A stretch of 53,747 nucleotides of DNA from the NCBI GenBank assembly GCA_040752415.1, contig JBFMGU010000040.1:1-53747 (forward strand). The letters run 5' to 3'. Below the pieces are notes generated by a model, which was not told where the DNA came from, did no database searches, and was given only the letters and a program-made list of their open reading frames with translations. A program made the translations under genes and the position numbers. Below, piece by piece: positions 16,877 through 26,912 of the stretch; the first letter of the stretch is position 1, and the number at the start of each line of letters is the position of its first letter. This DNA comes from Myxococcota bacterium (lineage in GTDB: Bacteria > Myxococcota > JACRCW01).

Positions 16877-18643
16877 ATGAACCGCCCCCCCACGCCCCCC
16901 CTCACCCCGGAAGAGAAGCAGGAGATCCAGGCCCTCCTGGACGCGGACCAACCCCTGCCCGCCCACTACCAGCTCCGCCTCTTCCCTCCGGCCGGACCGG
17001 AGCTCATCTGGCCCGGCAAGGACGCCACGCCCCCGCCTCCGCCCAGGCCCCTGATCCTGCGTGAGCGCTGGGGCCACCCCGGCACCGCGTTCCTCAACAC
17101 CCTCATCCAGGGCGACAACCTCGACGCCATGGCCGCCCTCAAGGATGGCATCCTGCGTGAGGAGGTGGAGCGCGCCGGCGGCATCAAGCTCATCTACATC
17201 GACCCGCCCTTCGACCTCGGCACCCACGTCTCCGTGGCCCTGCAGGTGGGTGAGGATCCGCTGCCGCATGATGCCGGCGTCGTCGACGAGGTGGCCTACC
17301 GCGACGTGTGGGGCGACGGCGACGACAGCTACCTCTCCATGATGCTCCCCCGCCTGCGCCTGATGCGCGAGCTGCTGGCGGATGGCGGCAGCATCTACGT
17401 GCACTGCGACGCACGCGTGAACGCCTCCTTGCGCCTGCTCATGGACGAGGTGTTCGGCCGGGAGAACTTCCAGAACCAGATCTGCTGGAAACGCACCGAC
17501 CCGCACAACAACGCGCGTCGCAAGTTCGGCACCGTCTCCGACACCATCCTGTATTACGTCAAAGGCCCCGGCTACACCCTCAACCTCGACGAGGTGCGCG
17601 GCGAGCTCTCCGAGAGCGCCAAGCGCGAGTACTCCCTGGTCCAGCAACCCGACGGGACCATCGTCCCCGACGGAGCGGGGGTGATGGGCCGCCGCCTCAA
17701 GCTCAACGACGCCACCGTCCCCTCCATCCACCCCGACCGCCAGTTCGAGTGGCGCGGCGCACGCCCATCCAAGGGACGCTCCTGGCCCGAGAGCCCGGAG
17801 GGCATGGAGGAGGGACTCCGCACCGGCCGCTACTTCCTGCGCAACCCGGACGTGGGCGCGGCGCGCTGCAAGGTCAGCTTCCTGGACGAGAACAAGGGCC
17901 AGACGCTGCAGGACATCTGGCTGGATTGCGGCACCATGAAGGGCGGCAGCATGTACGCCACCCAGAAGCCGGAGGCGCTGCTGGAGCGCATCATCAAGGT
18001 CTCCTCCAACCCCGGTGACCTCGTGGCGGACTTCTTCTGCGGCTCCGGCACCACGCTGGTGGTGGCGCAGCGGCTCGGTCGCTCCTGGGTGGGCGCGGAC
18101 ATGGGACGGCTGGCCATCCACGCCGCACGCAAGCGCCTGCTCGGCACGCGGCCCAGCTTCCGCATCTACCAGGGTGTCGACGGGGAAGAGCCCAGCGCCA
18201 AGCTGGAGGCCCACGTGGAGCGCGTGGACGGCGGCGTGCGCGTGGTGCTCACCGGCTATGAGCCGCTCCCCGGCTTCTGGCAGGACCGTGAGGACTTCTC
18301 CGTCGAGGAGGGCCAGCTGTTCCGCACCCGCAAGAGCCGCGGCAAGGAGCGGCGCGCACAGCTCACCCGTCGCTGGTCGGACTGGATTGACCTGTGGGCC
18401 GTGGACTTCGAGCACGACGGCGCCATCTTCAAGGGCTCCTGGCACTCCGCCCGCTCCCGCAACGCGCGCACCCTGCCGCTCGTCAGTGAGACGCACCTGC
18501 CCACCCGTCCCGGCGTCTACACCGTGGCCGTCAAGACGGTGGACGTCTTCGGGCATGAGATCCTGTGGCGGGGCACCTACGCGCTGGCCGCCGACAACGA
18601 CGACGCCACCCGCAAGCGCCAGCTCCTCCTCAACGGGATTTGA
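16877..18643 (+). CDS. Site-specific DNA methyltransferase (beta class, Type III Mod-like), orphan
   Basis: LIYIDPPF (motif IV) before YATQKPEALLERII...DFFCGSGTT (motif I); C-terminal WIDLWAVDF and AVKTVDVFG. Confidence 0.92.
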   Translation: MNRPPTPPLTPEEKQEIQALLDADQPLPAHYQLRLFPPAGPELIWPGKDATPPPPPRPLILRERWGHPGTAFLNTLIQGDNLDAMAALKDGILREEVERAGGIKLIYIDPPFDLGTHVSVALQVGEDPLPHDAGVVDEVAYRDVWGDGDDSYLSMMLPRLRLMRELLADGGSIYVHCDARVNASLRLLMDEVFGRENFQNQICWKRTDPHNNARRKFGTVSDTILYYVKGPGYTLNLDEVRGELSESAKREYSLVQQPDGTIVPDGAGVMGRRLKLNDATVPSIHPDRQFEWRGARPSKGRSWPESPEGMEEGLRTGRYFLRNPDVGAARCKVSFLDENKGQTLQDIWLDCGTMKGGSMYATQKPEALLERIIKVSSNPGDLVADFFCGSGTTLVVAQRLGRSWVGADMGRLAIHAARKRLLGTRPSFRIYQGVDGEEPSAKLEAHVERVDGGVRVVLTGYEPLPGFWQDREDFSVEEGQLFRTRKSRGKERRAQLTRRWSDWIDLWAVDFEHDGAIFKGSWHSARSRNARTLPLVSETHLPTRPGVYTVAVKTVDVFGHEILWRGTYALAADNDDATRKRQLLLNGI

Positions 18644-18676
18644 TACCCACATCACTCCCATGCTCTCCTTGACGCC

Positions 18677-21600
18677 GTGGTTGCCTCCACCCGGTGGCTC
18701 GCAACGGGCCTGCTCCTCACCACCCTGCCGTCCGTCGCCACGGGCTGCCTGCAATACGCCCGCTGCACCACCGACGCCGACTGCGACGTGAGCAACACCT
18801 GCGTGCAGGAGCAGTGCCTCCCGCGCAGCACCGCCACCGGGACCGACGCCGGCGTCCTCCTCAGCTCCTCGTCCTCGTCGTCGGCCAGCAGCGCGTCCTC
18901 CGCGTCGTCCTCCTCCACCGCCAGCAGCGCGTCCTCCAGTGGCTCCTCGTCCTCGTCGGGCGGTACGTCATCGTCCTCGGTGAGCGCGGCGTCGTCGGGG
19001 GAGCCGTCCAGCGGCAGCACGTCAGCGACCTCCGCCACCTCGGGATCCGGCACCACCTCCAGCAGCACGGCCGCCTCGGGAACGGGCGCGTTGGGGAGCA
19101 CCGGGTCCACCAGCTCGTCGACCGGCGGGTTGTCGTCGTCGTCCTCCGGCGCGCCGGTGCTGCCCGTGCTGCACCAGGACTACACCTTCCCGCGTCCCCT
19201 GGAGCTGGCCTCCGACGAGCCGGGCCTGGTGGCGCTGTGGCATCTCAACGACAGCAGCTGGAACCTGCAGAGCTACGTGCAGGACGCGGTGGGCAGCAAC
19301 CATGGCACCGCGCGCGGCAGCGCCAGCCCGGACAACGGGGGCAAGTTCGGGCGGGGCGGGACGTTCTTGCCCGGGGGCAGCGTCGAAGTGCCGGGACTGC
19401 CCACGGGCACGGCCTTCACCGTGGAGGCCTGGGTGCGCGACCCGGGCATGGCCAACCGCAACGGGGTCACGCCGGTGCTGGAGCAGTGGGGTCGTGCGCC
19501 CACGTTGAGCGCGCAGAACCTCAGCCTCTATGACGCCGCCAACACCGGCGGGCTGACCAGCAGGGGCTACCTGGGCGCGGTGTTCGACGGGCGCTACGTC
19601 TACTTCGTCCCGCACGCCACCCCCGGCCGCTACCACGCGGACGTGCTGCGCTACGACACGCGCGGGGACTTCTCCGCCGCCACCAGCTGGACCGCCTACG
19701 ACGCCAGCAACGTCGACGGGCTGTCCACCAAGGGATACCTCGGCGGCGTGTTCGACGGGCGCTACGTGTACTTCATCCCGCTGTACGACGGGACCGTCCA
19801 CGGACGGGTGCTGCGCCTGGACACCCAGGGCGGGTTCGACGAGGCCACGTCCTGGCGCGCGGTCGACGTCAATGCGCTGCTTCCCGGGGCGCACGGCTTC
19901 GTGGGCGGAGTGTTTGACGGGCGCCACGTCTACTTCGCGCCGCTGTTCAACAACACCGGTGGCCTGCAGGGCCGGGTGGTGCGGCTGGATACGCAGGGAG
20001 ACTTCTTCAGCGCCAGCGCCTGGGAGCTCCGCGACTGCGCCTCCACCGACGGGCTGAGCACCATCGGCTTTGAAGGCGCGGTCTTCGACGGGCGGTACGT
20101 GTACTTCGTGCCGTTCTGGGACGGGGCGGCCATCCACGGGCGCGTGTTGCGCTACGACACCCACGGGAGCTTCCAGTCCGCCACCAGCTGGGCCGCCTAC
20201 AACGCCGGCGCCGTCGACGGCCTGGTCACCACCGGCTACGTCGGCGCGGTCTTCGACGGGCGGTACGTCTACTTCGTTCCCTTCGGCAGCGACTCCGGCA
20301 CCCACGGGCGCGTGCTGCGCTACGACACGCAAGCCGAGTTCAAGGCCGCGGGCTCCTGGCGCGCCTTTGCCGCCGACACCGCCCTGGGCGCCCCCACCGC
20401 GGCGGGATACCACGGCGGATTCTTCGACGGGCGCTACGTCCACTTCGTCCCGCAGCGCCTCAACGGCACCACGCCCCACGGCCGCCTGCTGCGCTATGAC
20501 ACGCGCGGCGACTTCACGCAGGCCTCCAGCTGGTCACGCCTGGACATGTCGACGTGGAACGCGGGCGCGGTGGGATATGCCGGCGCCACGTTTGACGGCC
20601 GTTACGCGTACTTCGCGCCCTACGCCGCCTCGGACATGCACGGCCGCGTGCTGCGCTACGACACCACCGGGGGCAACGCCGCGTGGTCGGTGCGGATGGG
20701 GACCCACGCCAGCGACGGGTGGAGCAGCTCCGCCGGCGCGCTCACCGCCCTGGTGGAGACCACCACCGGGCACCACGTGCTGCGCGCGCCGCTGGGCGGT
20801 GATACCGCCTGGCACCACCTGGCCCTCACCCACGACGGCGTGACGACGACGCTGTGGCTGGACGCGGTGGCCCTGGACAGCGTGGACGGCGCGGGCGAGC
20901 TCCTCACCCCCAACCTGCCCTTCACCATGGGCGGCGGGGCCTTCAGCGGCTCCCTGGACGAGGTGTCCCTCTGGAACCTGGCCCACGACGAGCAGACCCT
21001 GGTGGACCACGCCACCCGCGACGTGGTCCCCGCCGCCAACCCCGAAGGTCCCCTCGGCCGGGTCACCGGCGCCTCCCCCGCGCTCAGCGTGGAGGAGGCC
21101 GCGGGCGGCGCGCTGTTCTTCGACGGAAACGACGACGTGGTGGAGGTCCCGGACGCGCCCGGCCTGGACGGCACCGACGAGCTGACCGTGGCGGCCTGGG
21201 TGCGGCCGCAGCTGCGCAAGCCCCACGGGCGCGTGGAGACCCTCGTCGAGAAATGGGGGCGCAGCCCGCGCCTGGAGGCCGGCAACTTCGCCGTGCACGA
21301 CGCCACCCAGGAGTTTCCCACCGCGGGCGGGTACTGGGGCGCGGTGTTCGACGGGCGGTACGTGTACTTTGCTCCGCAGGCCAACGGGAACGTGCTGCGC
21401 TACGACACGCGCGCCAGTCTCGACGACGCCACGGCGTACGAGCTGGTGGACCTCACCACGCTGGACCCCGGGGCCCAAGGCTACCTGGGCGCGGTCTTCG
21501 ACGGGCGCTACGTCTACCTGGTGCCCTATGCGTTTGGCGGCGTGAACCACGGGCTGGTGGCGCGCGTGGACACCCAGGGTGACTTCCAGACCGCGTGGAC

Positions 21601-22747
21601 CTTCCACGACGCGGGCTCCGTCGACGGGCTCGGCACCAAGGGGTACGCGGGCGCCACGTTCGACGGCCGGTACGTCTATTTCGCCCCGTACCACGACGGC
21701 GTCACCAGTCACGCGCGCGTGCTCCGCCTGGATACGCAGGGTGCGTTCGACGACGCCCAGAGCTGGTCCGCGTACGACGCCCGCGCTGCCAGCGGCCTGG
21801 ACTCGCGCGGCTTCCTGGGCGCGGTCCACGACGGGCGCTACGTGTATTTCGTCCCGTACATCATGGACAACGCGGTGCACGGGAAGGTGCTCCGCTACGA
21901 CACGCTCCTGGAGTTCCAGGACGCGGCCGCCTGGTCCGCACGCGACCGTGCCAGCGTGGACGGGCAGACCACCGTGGGCTTCTGCGGCGCGGTGTTCGAC
22001 GGGCAGTACCTGTATTTCGTGCCGCACGTGTACGGCGCCTACCAGCCCAACGGCGCGGTGCTGCGCTTTGATACGTTGGGCTCGTTCACCGGGAACTCGT
22101 CGTGGCAGGCGTACAACATCAGTCTCCTGGGCACGCCGGGCGGCTACCACCTGGGTCAGTTCGACGGGCAGTACGTGTACTTCGTGCCCATTGGCTACGG
22201 GACCACGCACGCGGTGCTGGCGCGCTACAACACCCGCGGCGAGTTCAAGAGCCCCACGAGCTGGGAGCTGCTCGACGCCGCCAACGTCACCGCCCAGACC
22301 ACCCAGGGCTACGTGGGCGCGGCGTTTGACGGGCGCTACCTGTACCTCAGTCCCAATTCCGACGGGGCGGTGCACGCGCGCATCCTGCGGGTGGACACCA
22401 CGGGCGGCCAGGGCGCCTATGCGTTGCGCTGGAGCCAGCCGCTCAACGCCGGCGCGGGTGGCGAGCTCATCACCGCGGTGCTCGAGACCAGCACGGACCA
22501 CCGTCTCATCACCGCACCCATGCCGCCGGACGGCGCGTGGCACCACGTGGCGCTGCGCTACACCGGCAACCGCGTGAGCCTGTGGTTGGACGGCGTGCGC
22601 CAGGTGCTGATCCCCGCCTACGGCCCGGTGCTGGACACCAACACGCCGCTGCGCGTGGGCGGTGGGCGCTTCAACGGAGCCCTGGACGAGGTGCAGGTCT
22701 ACAGCGTGGCCGTCCCGGAGGAGGACCTCGCCGCTCACGTGCCGTGA
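18677..22747 (+). CDS. Large lipoprotein: Cys module, Ser-rich linker, two LamG domains each containing seven FDGRY repeats
   Basis: Lipobox VATG|C; CTTDADC; 14 copies of G(Y/F)xGxxFDGRYVYFxP; LamG motifs FTVEAWV, WHHLALTHDG, FSGSLDEV. Confidence 0.9.
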   Translation: MVASTRWLATGLLLTTLPSVATGCLQYARCTTDADCDVSNTCVQEQCLPRSTATGTDAGVLLSSSSSSSASSASSASSSSTASSASSSGSSSSSGGTSSSSVSAASSGEPSSGSTSATSATSGSGTTSSSTAASGTGALGSTGSTSSSTGGLSSSSSGAPVLPVLHQDYTFPRPLELASDEPGLVALWHLNDSSWNLQSYVQDAVGSNHGTARGSASPDNGGKFGRGGTFLPGGSVEVPGLPTGTAFTVEAWVRDPGMANRNGVTPVLEQWGRAPTLSAQNLSLYDAANTGGLTSRGYLGAVFDGRYVYFVPHATPGRYHADVLRYDTRGDFSAATSWTAYDASNVDGLSTKGYLGGVFDGRYVYFIPLYDGTVHGRVLRLDTQGGFDEATSWRAVDVNALLPGAHGFVGGVFDGRHVYFAPLFNNTGGLQGRVVRLDTQGDFFSASAWELRDCASTDGLSTIGFEGAVFDGRYVYFVPFWDGAAIHGRVLRYDTHGSFQSATSWAAYNAGAVDGLVTTGYVGAVFDGRYVYFVPFGSDSGTHGRVLRYDTQAEFKAAGSWRAFAADTALGAPTAAGYHGGFFDGRYVHFVPQRLNGTTPHGRLLRYDTRGDFTQASSWSRLDMSTWNAGAVGYAGATFDGRYAYFAPYAASDMHGRVLRYDTTGGNAAWSVRMGTHASDGWSSSAGALTALVETTTGHHVLRAPLGGDTAWHHLALTHDGVTTTLWLDAVALDSVDGAGELLTPNLPFTMGGGAFSGSLDEVSLWNLAHDEQTLVDHATRDVVPAANPEGPLGRVTGASPALSVEEAAGGALFFDGNDDVVEVPDAPGLDGTDELTVAAWVRPQLRKPHGRVETLVEKWGRSPRLEAGNFAVHDATQEFPTAGGYWGAVFDGRYVYFAPQANGNVLRYDTRASLDDATAYELVDLTTLDPGAQGYLGAVFDGRYVYLVPYAFGGVNHGLVARVDTQGDFQTAWTFHDAGSVDGLGTKGYAGATFDGRYVYFAPYHDGVTSHARVLRLDTQGAFDDAQSWSAYDARAASGLDSRGFLGAVHDGRYVYFVPYIMDNAVHGKVLRYDTLLEFQDAAAWSARDRASVDGQTTVGFCGAVFDGQYLYFVPHVYGAYQPNGAVLRFDTLGSFTGNSSWQAYNISLLGTPGGYHLGQFDGQYVYFVPIGYGTTHAVLARYNTRGEFKSPTSWELLDAANVTAQTTQGYVGAAFDGRYLYLSPNSDGAVHARILRVDTTGGQGAYALRWSQPLNAGAGGELITAVLETSTDHRLITAPMPPDGAWHHVALRYTGNRVSLWLDGVRQVLIPAYGPVLDTNTPLRVGGGRFNGALDEVQVYSVAVPEEDLAAHVP

Positions 22748-22753
22748 TGCCGC

Positions 22754-23185
22754 TCAGAGATCCGGCTCCACTTCGGGCGCGGGCAGGATCGGCGCGGGCT
22801 GCAGGTCGCGGCCAACGTTGCCCTCCGGCTCGAACACGCCCTCACCCCGCTGCAGGGGCACATCCTCGGGCAGCGGCAGGTCGGGGCCCACGTCGTCGTC
22901 GCGCGGCAGGTCGAATTCATCACCCATGGGCACCGGGGGGAACGGCTCCTCGTCGGCGGAAGGCGGGAGGGTGAGGTCACGCTCGTCCACCGGGGCCAGG
23001 GGTTCGTCGCGCGGGGTGCCCACGTCCTCGCTCTCGGGGAAGGCGCGCTCCTCGTCACCGGCGGAGCCCACGTCCTCCTTCTGCTCCACGCCGTAGGGGA
23101 AGAAGTCCGGCATGGGCGTCGACGTGTCCTGCGCCGCCATCAGGAAGGGCACCAGGAAGGATTGAAGAATGGTGGCGTGTGCCAT
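22754..23185 (-). CDS. Acidic Pro-rich hypothetical protein
   Basis: RBS AAAGGAG, hydrophobic N-terminus, then low-complexity D/E/P sequence with GC3-biased codons. Confidence 0.6.
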   Translation of the reverse strand: MAHATILQSFLVPFLMAAQDTSTPMPDFFPYGVEQKEDVGSAGDEERAFPESEDVGTPRDEPLAPVDERDLTLPPSADEEPFPPVPMGDEFDLPRDDDVGPDLPLPEDVPLQRGEGVFEPEGNVGRDLQPAPILPAPEVEPDL

Positions 23186-23299
23186 GGAGACACCGCTCCT
23201 TTCTCGGTCGGGAGCGGCAACGGAAGGCAGCATCCCGCCTGTCAGGGATCTAACCCTCCGTCGTCACCGGGCAGAAGCCGGGCACGCGCCGCGCCCAAC

Positions 23300-23998
23300 T
23301 CACAGCGGCTTGATCTTGTCCCCGCGCGCAATGATGCGCTGCCGCACCGGCGTCACCTCGTCCTGCGCCACCAGCTTCACCTGCGTTTCCACCGGCCCCT
23401 GCCAGGTCACGCGGAAGGCACAGTGCTCCTCGCCGCGGGCGTCGCAGACCGGGTGCGCCACCTCCACCTTCGAGACGCCGCTAAGCTCCAGCGCACCGCC
23501 GATCCACCCTCCCAGCGTCGTGCAGAACGCCTCGTCGCTCTCCGGGTGGCCCTCCATGACGCCGAGGAATCCGTTGGGCTCCCGCGCAATCTTCCAGTGC
23601 CCGTGGTCGTGGTAGTGACGCCACATCCGCGTGGCCGCCACCATGATCCACGAGGGATCCCGTCGCCGGAACAGCGGCGCGAACACCTGCAGCACGTCGT
23701 TCTTGGCCATGAAGTGGCCCACGCGCCTCAGCAGCACCAGGTCGCCGTCGCCGTAGACCGCGTCAATGGCGCGCAGCAGGCGCACCTGCAGCATGAAGGG
23801 GATCCACGTCAGCGGATTCATGCCGCCCGGCCGTGCCCGACCATTCCCGATGGCGCGTCGATCCTCGACGGGAAGGCGGGCCAGCACCTGCTCCACTCCC
23901 GACTCACCCGCAATGGCACGCACGTACGAAAGCGCGGCGAGCGGATTGAACGCGCGCGTCCGCGCCGTGCGCGGCACCGTCAGCGGTTGGGCAGACAT
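23300..23998 (-). CDS. Myxobacterial V4R/DUF2378-like protein
   Basis: EQVLARLP.EDR, W.P, RMWRHYHDHGHW, FC..LGGWIGGALEL.G, HPVCDARGEEHCAFRVTW. Confidence 0.75.
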   Translation of the reverse strand: MSAQPLTVPRTARTRAFNPLAALSYVRAIAGESGVEQVLARLPVEDRRAIGNGRARPGGMNPLTWIPFMLQVRLLRAIDAVYGDGDLVLLRRVGHFMAKNDVLQVFAPLFRRRDPSWIMVAATRMWRHYHDHGHWKIAREPNGFLGVMEGHPESDEAFCTTLGGWIGGALELSGVSKVEVAHPVCDARGEEHCAFRVTWQGPVETQVKLVAQDEVTPVRQRIIARGDKIKPL

Positions 23999-24130
23999 GA
24001 GACGAGCCTAGGACGCGCGCTGCAACTCCGGAAGCCGCAACCTCCGCCCCGTCGTTGGCGCGCCCATGCGCCCGCCCGGTCCGTGGAACGCCCCGTCAGG
24101 CAGCGGTGGTTCCCGTCGGCAACGGGGTGA

Positions 24131-24625
24131 TCACTTGGGACCGTAACCCCGCACGATCTTGACGAGCTCCTTCACCACGTCGTCCTTGCCCTTGAGGTCG
24201 GGGTTGGCGGCCATCAACGGGCTCAGCCCCGCGGCCTGACCACCCTCGACAATCACCTTGGCAATCTTGTCGTCGGGCGTGGCCTTCTGCCAGCCTCCGT
24301 CAGTCCAGTCGCGCGGCTTGGGGTTCAGCGCGGCGGCGGCGGCACCGGTGCCCTTTCCGTCGGCGCCGTGGCACAGCACGCAGCGCGTGTCGAAGATCTG
24401 CTTGGCCTGCGTGGCGGCGTCACCGGCGGCAACGGCAGGGGCCGCGGCGCCTTCAGCCGCGGGAGCGGCGGGCTGCGCGGGGGCCGCGGGCTGCGCGGGT
24501 GCGGCGGGTTGCGCGGGTGCTGCCGCGGTGGGCGTCTCCGCGGGCTTGGCCGCTTCCTTCTCCTTGCATGCCACCAGGGACAGGGCGCCCAGCGCCAGCG
24601 CGCCAACAAGACGTGTGCGGGTCAT
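24131..24625 (-). CDS. Cytochrome c lipoprotein
   Basis: Lipobox LVA|C, PAAPAQ repeats, CVLCHGADGKG, LNPKPRDWT, SPLM. Confidence 0.9.
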   Translation of the reverse strand: MTRTRLVGALALGALSLVACKEKEAAKPAETPTAAAPAQPAAPAQPAAPAQPAAPAAEGAAAPAVAAGDAATQAKQIFDTRCVLCHGADGKGTGAAAAALNPKPRDWTDGGWQKATPDDKIAKVIVEGGQAAGLSPLMAANPDLKGKDDVVKELVKIVRGYGPK

Positions 24626-25103
24626 GATCAGCCTCCAGGCTCGTCGTGAGATGGTGTTCTGGCGCGGCGCAACCCCTTCCGTCCGCCAGCGCCCTGAAGC
24701 TCCTTACCCTTGATCCCGGTGAACGGGAATGACGCCTGGCACCCGTGCCGGAAGGACACGTTCCGTCGTCCGGAGGAACCCACCTGCCCACGCACCCCCG
24801 TCATGTCCGCGCTCCCATCCACGGAGTTTGCCAGACCAAGGGGGATATGACGCACCCTCGTGGCGCGTGCCGGCGGTGATGGCAACGTTGTGTGCCGCGT
24901 CCGCGTCCGGGCGTGCTCCGCGGTGGCTCCCCGTCGGAGAAACGGCGCCGGGCCCAGCGCGGCCCTCGTCGCGGACGGGCCATCCGCCACGGATCCCTTC
25001 CCTCCCGACGCTGCGTGACAACCCTCGAGCGGGCCACAACGCCACGCCGTGCCCGCGGACCCCTGGAAGCGGTGGTCACGCGTGCAGCGGGAAGAAGTGA
25101 GGC

Positions 25104-26663
25104 TCAGGAAGGCGTCCCGTCGGTGCCCCCGCGCAGGTTCTCGATCCGACGGGTGAGCGCGCCAATGCCGTGGGTGAAGAACTCCTGCACCTCGGCCCCC
25201 ATCTCCTCGAAGAGCAGCTGCGGCTCCTGCGGGTCAAAGAAGTTGTAGCGGTCCACGTCAATGTAGCGGATCACCACCTCCTCGGGCGCCTGCACGCGCT
25301 CCTGGAGTCGCAGGCGGGAGACCTCCCGCTCGGCCAGCGCATTGAGATAGGCCACCAGGCCCCGACGCTGCGCCAGGTGCCGCACGCTCAGCACACCGGA
25401 GAGGCCCGCGTGTTCCGCCAGCAGGCTCACCCGGATGCGCCGCAGGCTGCGACGGAGCGCCGGGTCGTCGGGACCACGCGCCTGCCAGGCCAGGTGCAGC
25501 TCGGTGTCCAGGCCCATGGAGCGGTTGGTCATGTTGGCGCTGCCCACGGTGAGGAACTGGTCATCCACCATCATCAGCTTGGAGTGGATGTACGTGGCCA
25601 CCGGCTTCCCGTTCCCGTTGGGCGCGGCGGAGTAGTAGACGCCCAGCCGGTGCCCGGTGCTCTCCGCCACCTGGCGCACGCATTCCAGGACCTTCGCCTG
25701 ACTTAGTCCCACGGCGAAGCGCTCCTTCAGCTCGCCGGGGCGCATGGGCAGGACCAGGACGATGTCCAGCAGCGGCTGGTTGCGCATCAACATCCTACGC
25801 ACCAGCGCCTCCTGCACGCTCTTCGCCGAGACGTACTGCGTCTCGATGTAGATGAGCTCCTCGGCGGCCAGGATGGCGTCGCTGAAGAGCTGCATGATCT
25901 CCAGGCTGCCCTCCCGCCCCAGGGTGCGTGGCACGGTGCGGCTGGTGGCCACGGCGTCCGCGTCGACGGTGAGGCGCGTGGGCGGGTGGAAGTCGTGGTG
26001 GAGGGGACGCTCGGGCAGCTGCAGGGTGAGCGGGTCTCCGCCGGTCTCCGCCCACCGCTGGGAGAAGATCTCCATCAAAGGCGCGCACGCATCCCGCCCC
26101 ACCACGAAGCCCTGCACGTCGTGATACGGCTTGTAGCCGATGCCGCTGGCCTTGATGCGGCGGGGATTGGAGAGCGCGTGGCCGCGGTCATCCCAGCGGT
26201 GCTCACACAGGTCCATCCCGCCCACGAATCCGATTTCTCCGTCGACAATCGCGAACTTCTGGTGGTGGCTGCCGCCCGCGGGATGGTTGCTGTCCCAGCG
26301 GAAGGAGAGGTTGGGCTGCGTGGTCCAGTCGAAGATGACCTTCTGCATCCACTCGCGTTCCAGCGCGTAGATGAAGCTGTAGTCCCAGGCCAGGATGACA
26401 ATCTGCAGGTGGGGCTTGGCGCGACACAGCTCGTTGAGGAACGGCAGCAGGCGCACCAGCCCGCGCGTTTCCAGCCCCTGCTCGCCGCGCAGGATGGCCA
26501 CCTCGCTGTCAAACTGCCATCCCGCCACCAGGATGAAGTGCTCGGCACGCTGCGCCGCCAGGTAGAACGCGGTGTAGTACTCCTCGCCGTCCACCAGGAT
26601 GCCGCTCCGGTGCACCGGCTGGATGTCCACACAGTTGCGACCAATGCTGAGGATGGGCCTCAC
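25104..26663 (-). CDS. Phospholipase D family protein
   Basis: Two HKD motifs: HHQKFAIVD...GGMD and YIHSKLMMVDD...GSAN. Confidence 0.93.
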   Translation of the reverse strand: MRPILSIGRNCVDIQPVHRSGILVDGEEYYTAFYLAAQRAEHFILVAGWQFDSEVAILRGEQGLETRGLVRLLPFLNELCRAKPHLQIVILAWDYSFIYALEREWMQKVIFDWTTQPNLSFRWDSNHPAGGSHHQKFAIVDGEIGFVGGMDLCEHRWDDRGHALSNPRRIKASGIGYKPYHDVQGFVVGRDACAPLMEIFSQRWAETGGDPLTLQLPERPLHHDFHPPTRLTVDADAVATSRTVPRTLGREGSLEIMQLFSDAILAAEELIYIETQYVSAKSVQEALVRRMLMRNQPLLDIVLVLPMRPGELKERFAVGLSQAKVLECVRQVAESTGHRLGVYYSAAPNGNGKPVATYIHSKLMMVDDQFLTVGSANMTNRSMGLDTELHLAWQARGPDDPALRRSLRRIRVSLLAEHAGLSGVLSVRHLAQRRGLVAYLNALAEREVSRLRLQERVQAPEEVVIRYIDVDRYNFFDPQEPQLLFEEMGAEVQEFFTHGIGALTRRIENLRGGTDGTPS

Positions 26664-26849
26664 GCGCCCTCCGTCATCCCGTGCGGGTGTGGGATTCTAA
26701 CCGCGCGGAGGATGGTGGCCGGTGGGTCGGACGTGAGCATGGCCGCGCGTGATCACGACGTGAGCGCGGACGTTGACCGTGATTCCGGGGGCTCGAAAGA
26801 CAAGATTGAACTCAGCGGCGGACTCGCGAGGACGACGGACAAGCGCCTT

Positions 26850-26906
26850 CTGACTTCCTTCCTTGCCAGGAATCCCAGCCCCTGACTTCCTTGCCAGGAA
26901 CCCCAG
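26850..26906. repeat. Short direct repeat (two copies) downstream of cysN
   Basis: CTGACTTCC(TTCC)TTGCCAGGAAYCCCAG at 26850-26878 and 26882-26906. Confidence 0.75.
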
Positions 26907-26912
26907 ACACCC

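Noticed and set aside
19500..22400. Regular ~160-bp DNA repeats that could suggest a CRISPR array or DGR template
   Set aside because: They are in-frame protein repeats varying at synonymous positions; no cas or reverse transcriptase gene is present.
24800..24840. GGCAAACTCC... on the minus strand upstream of the cytochrome c gene, resembling a c-di-GMP-I riboswitch
   Set aside because: No GNRA-capped stem followed by GACGCAAAGC and no second hairpin consensus.
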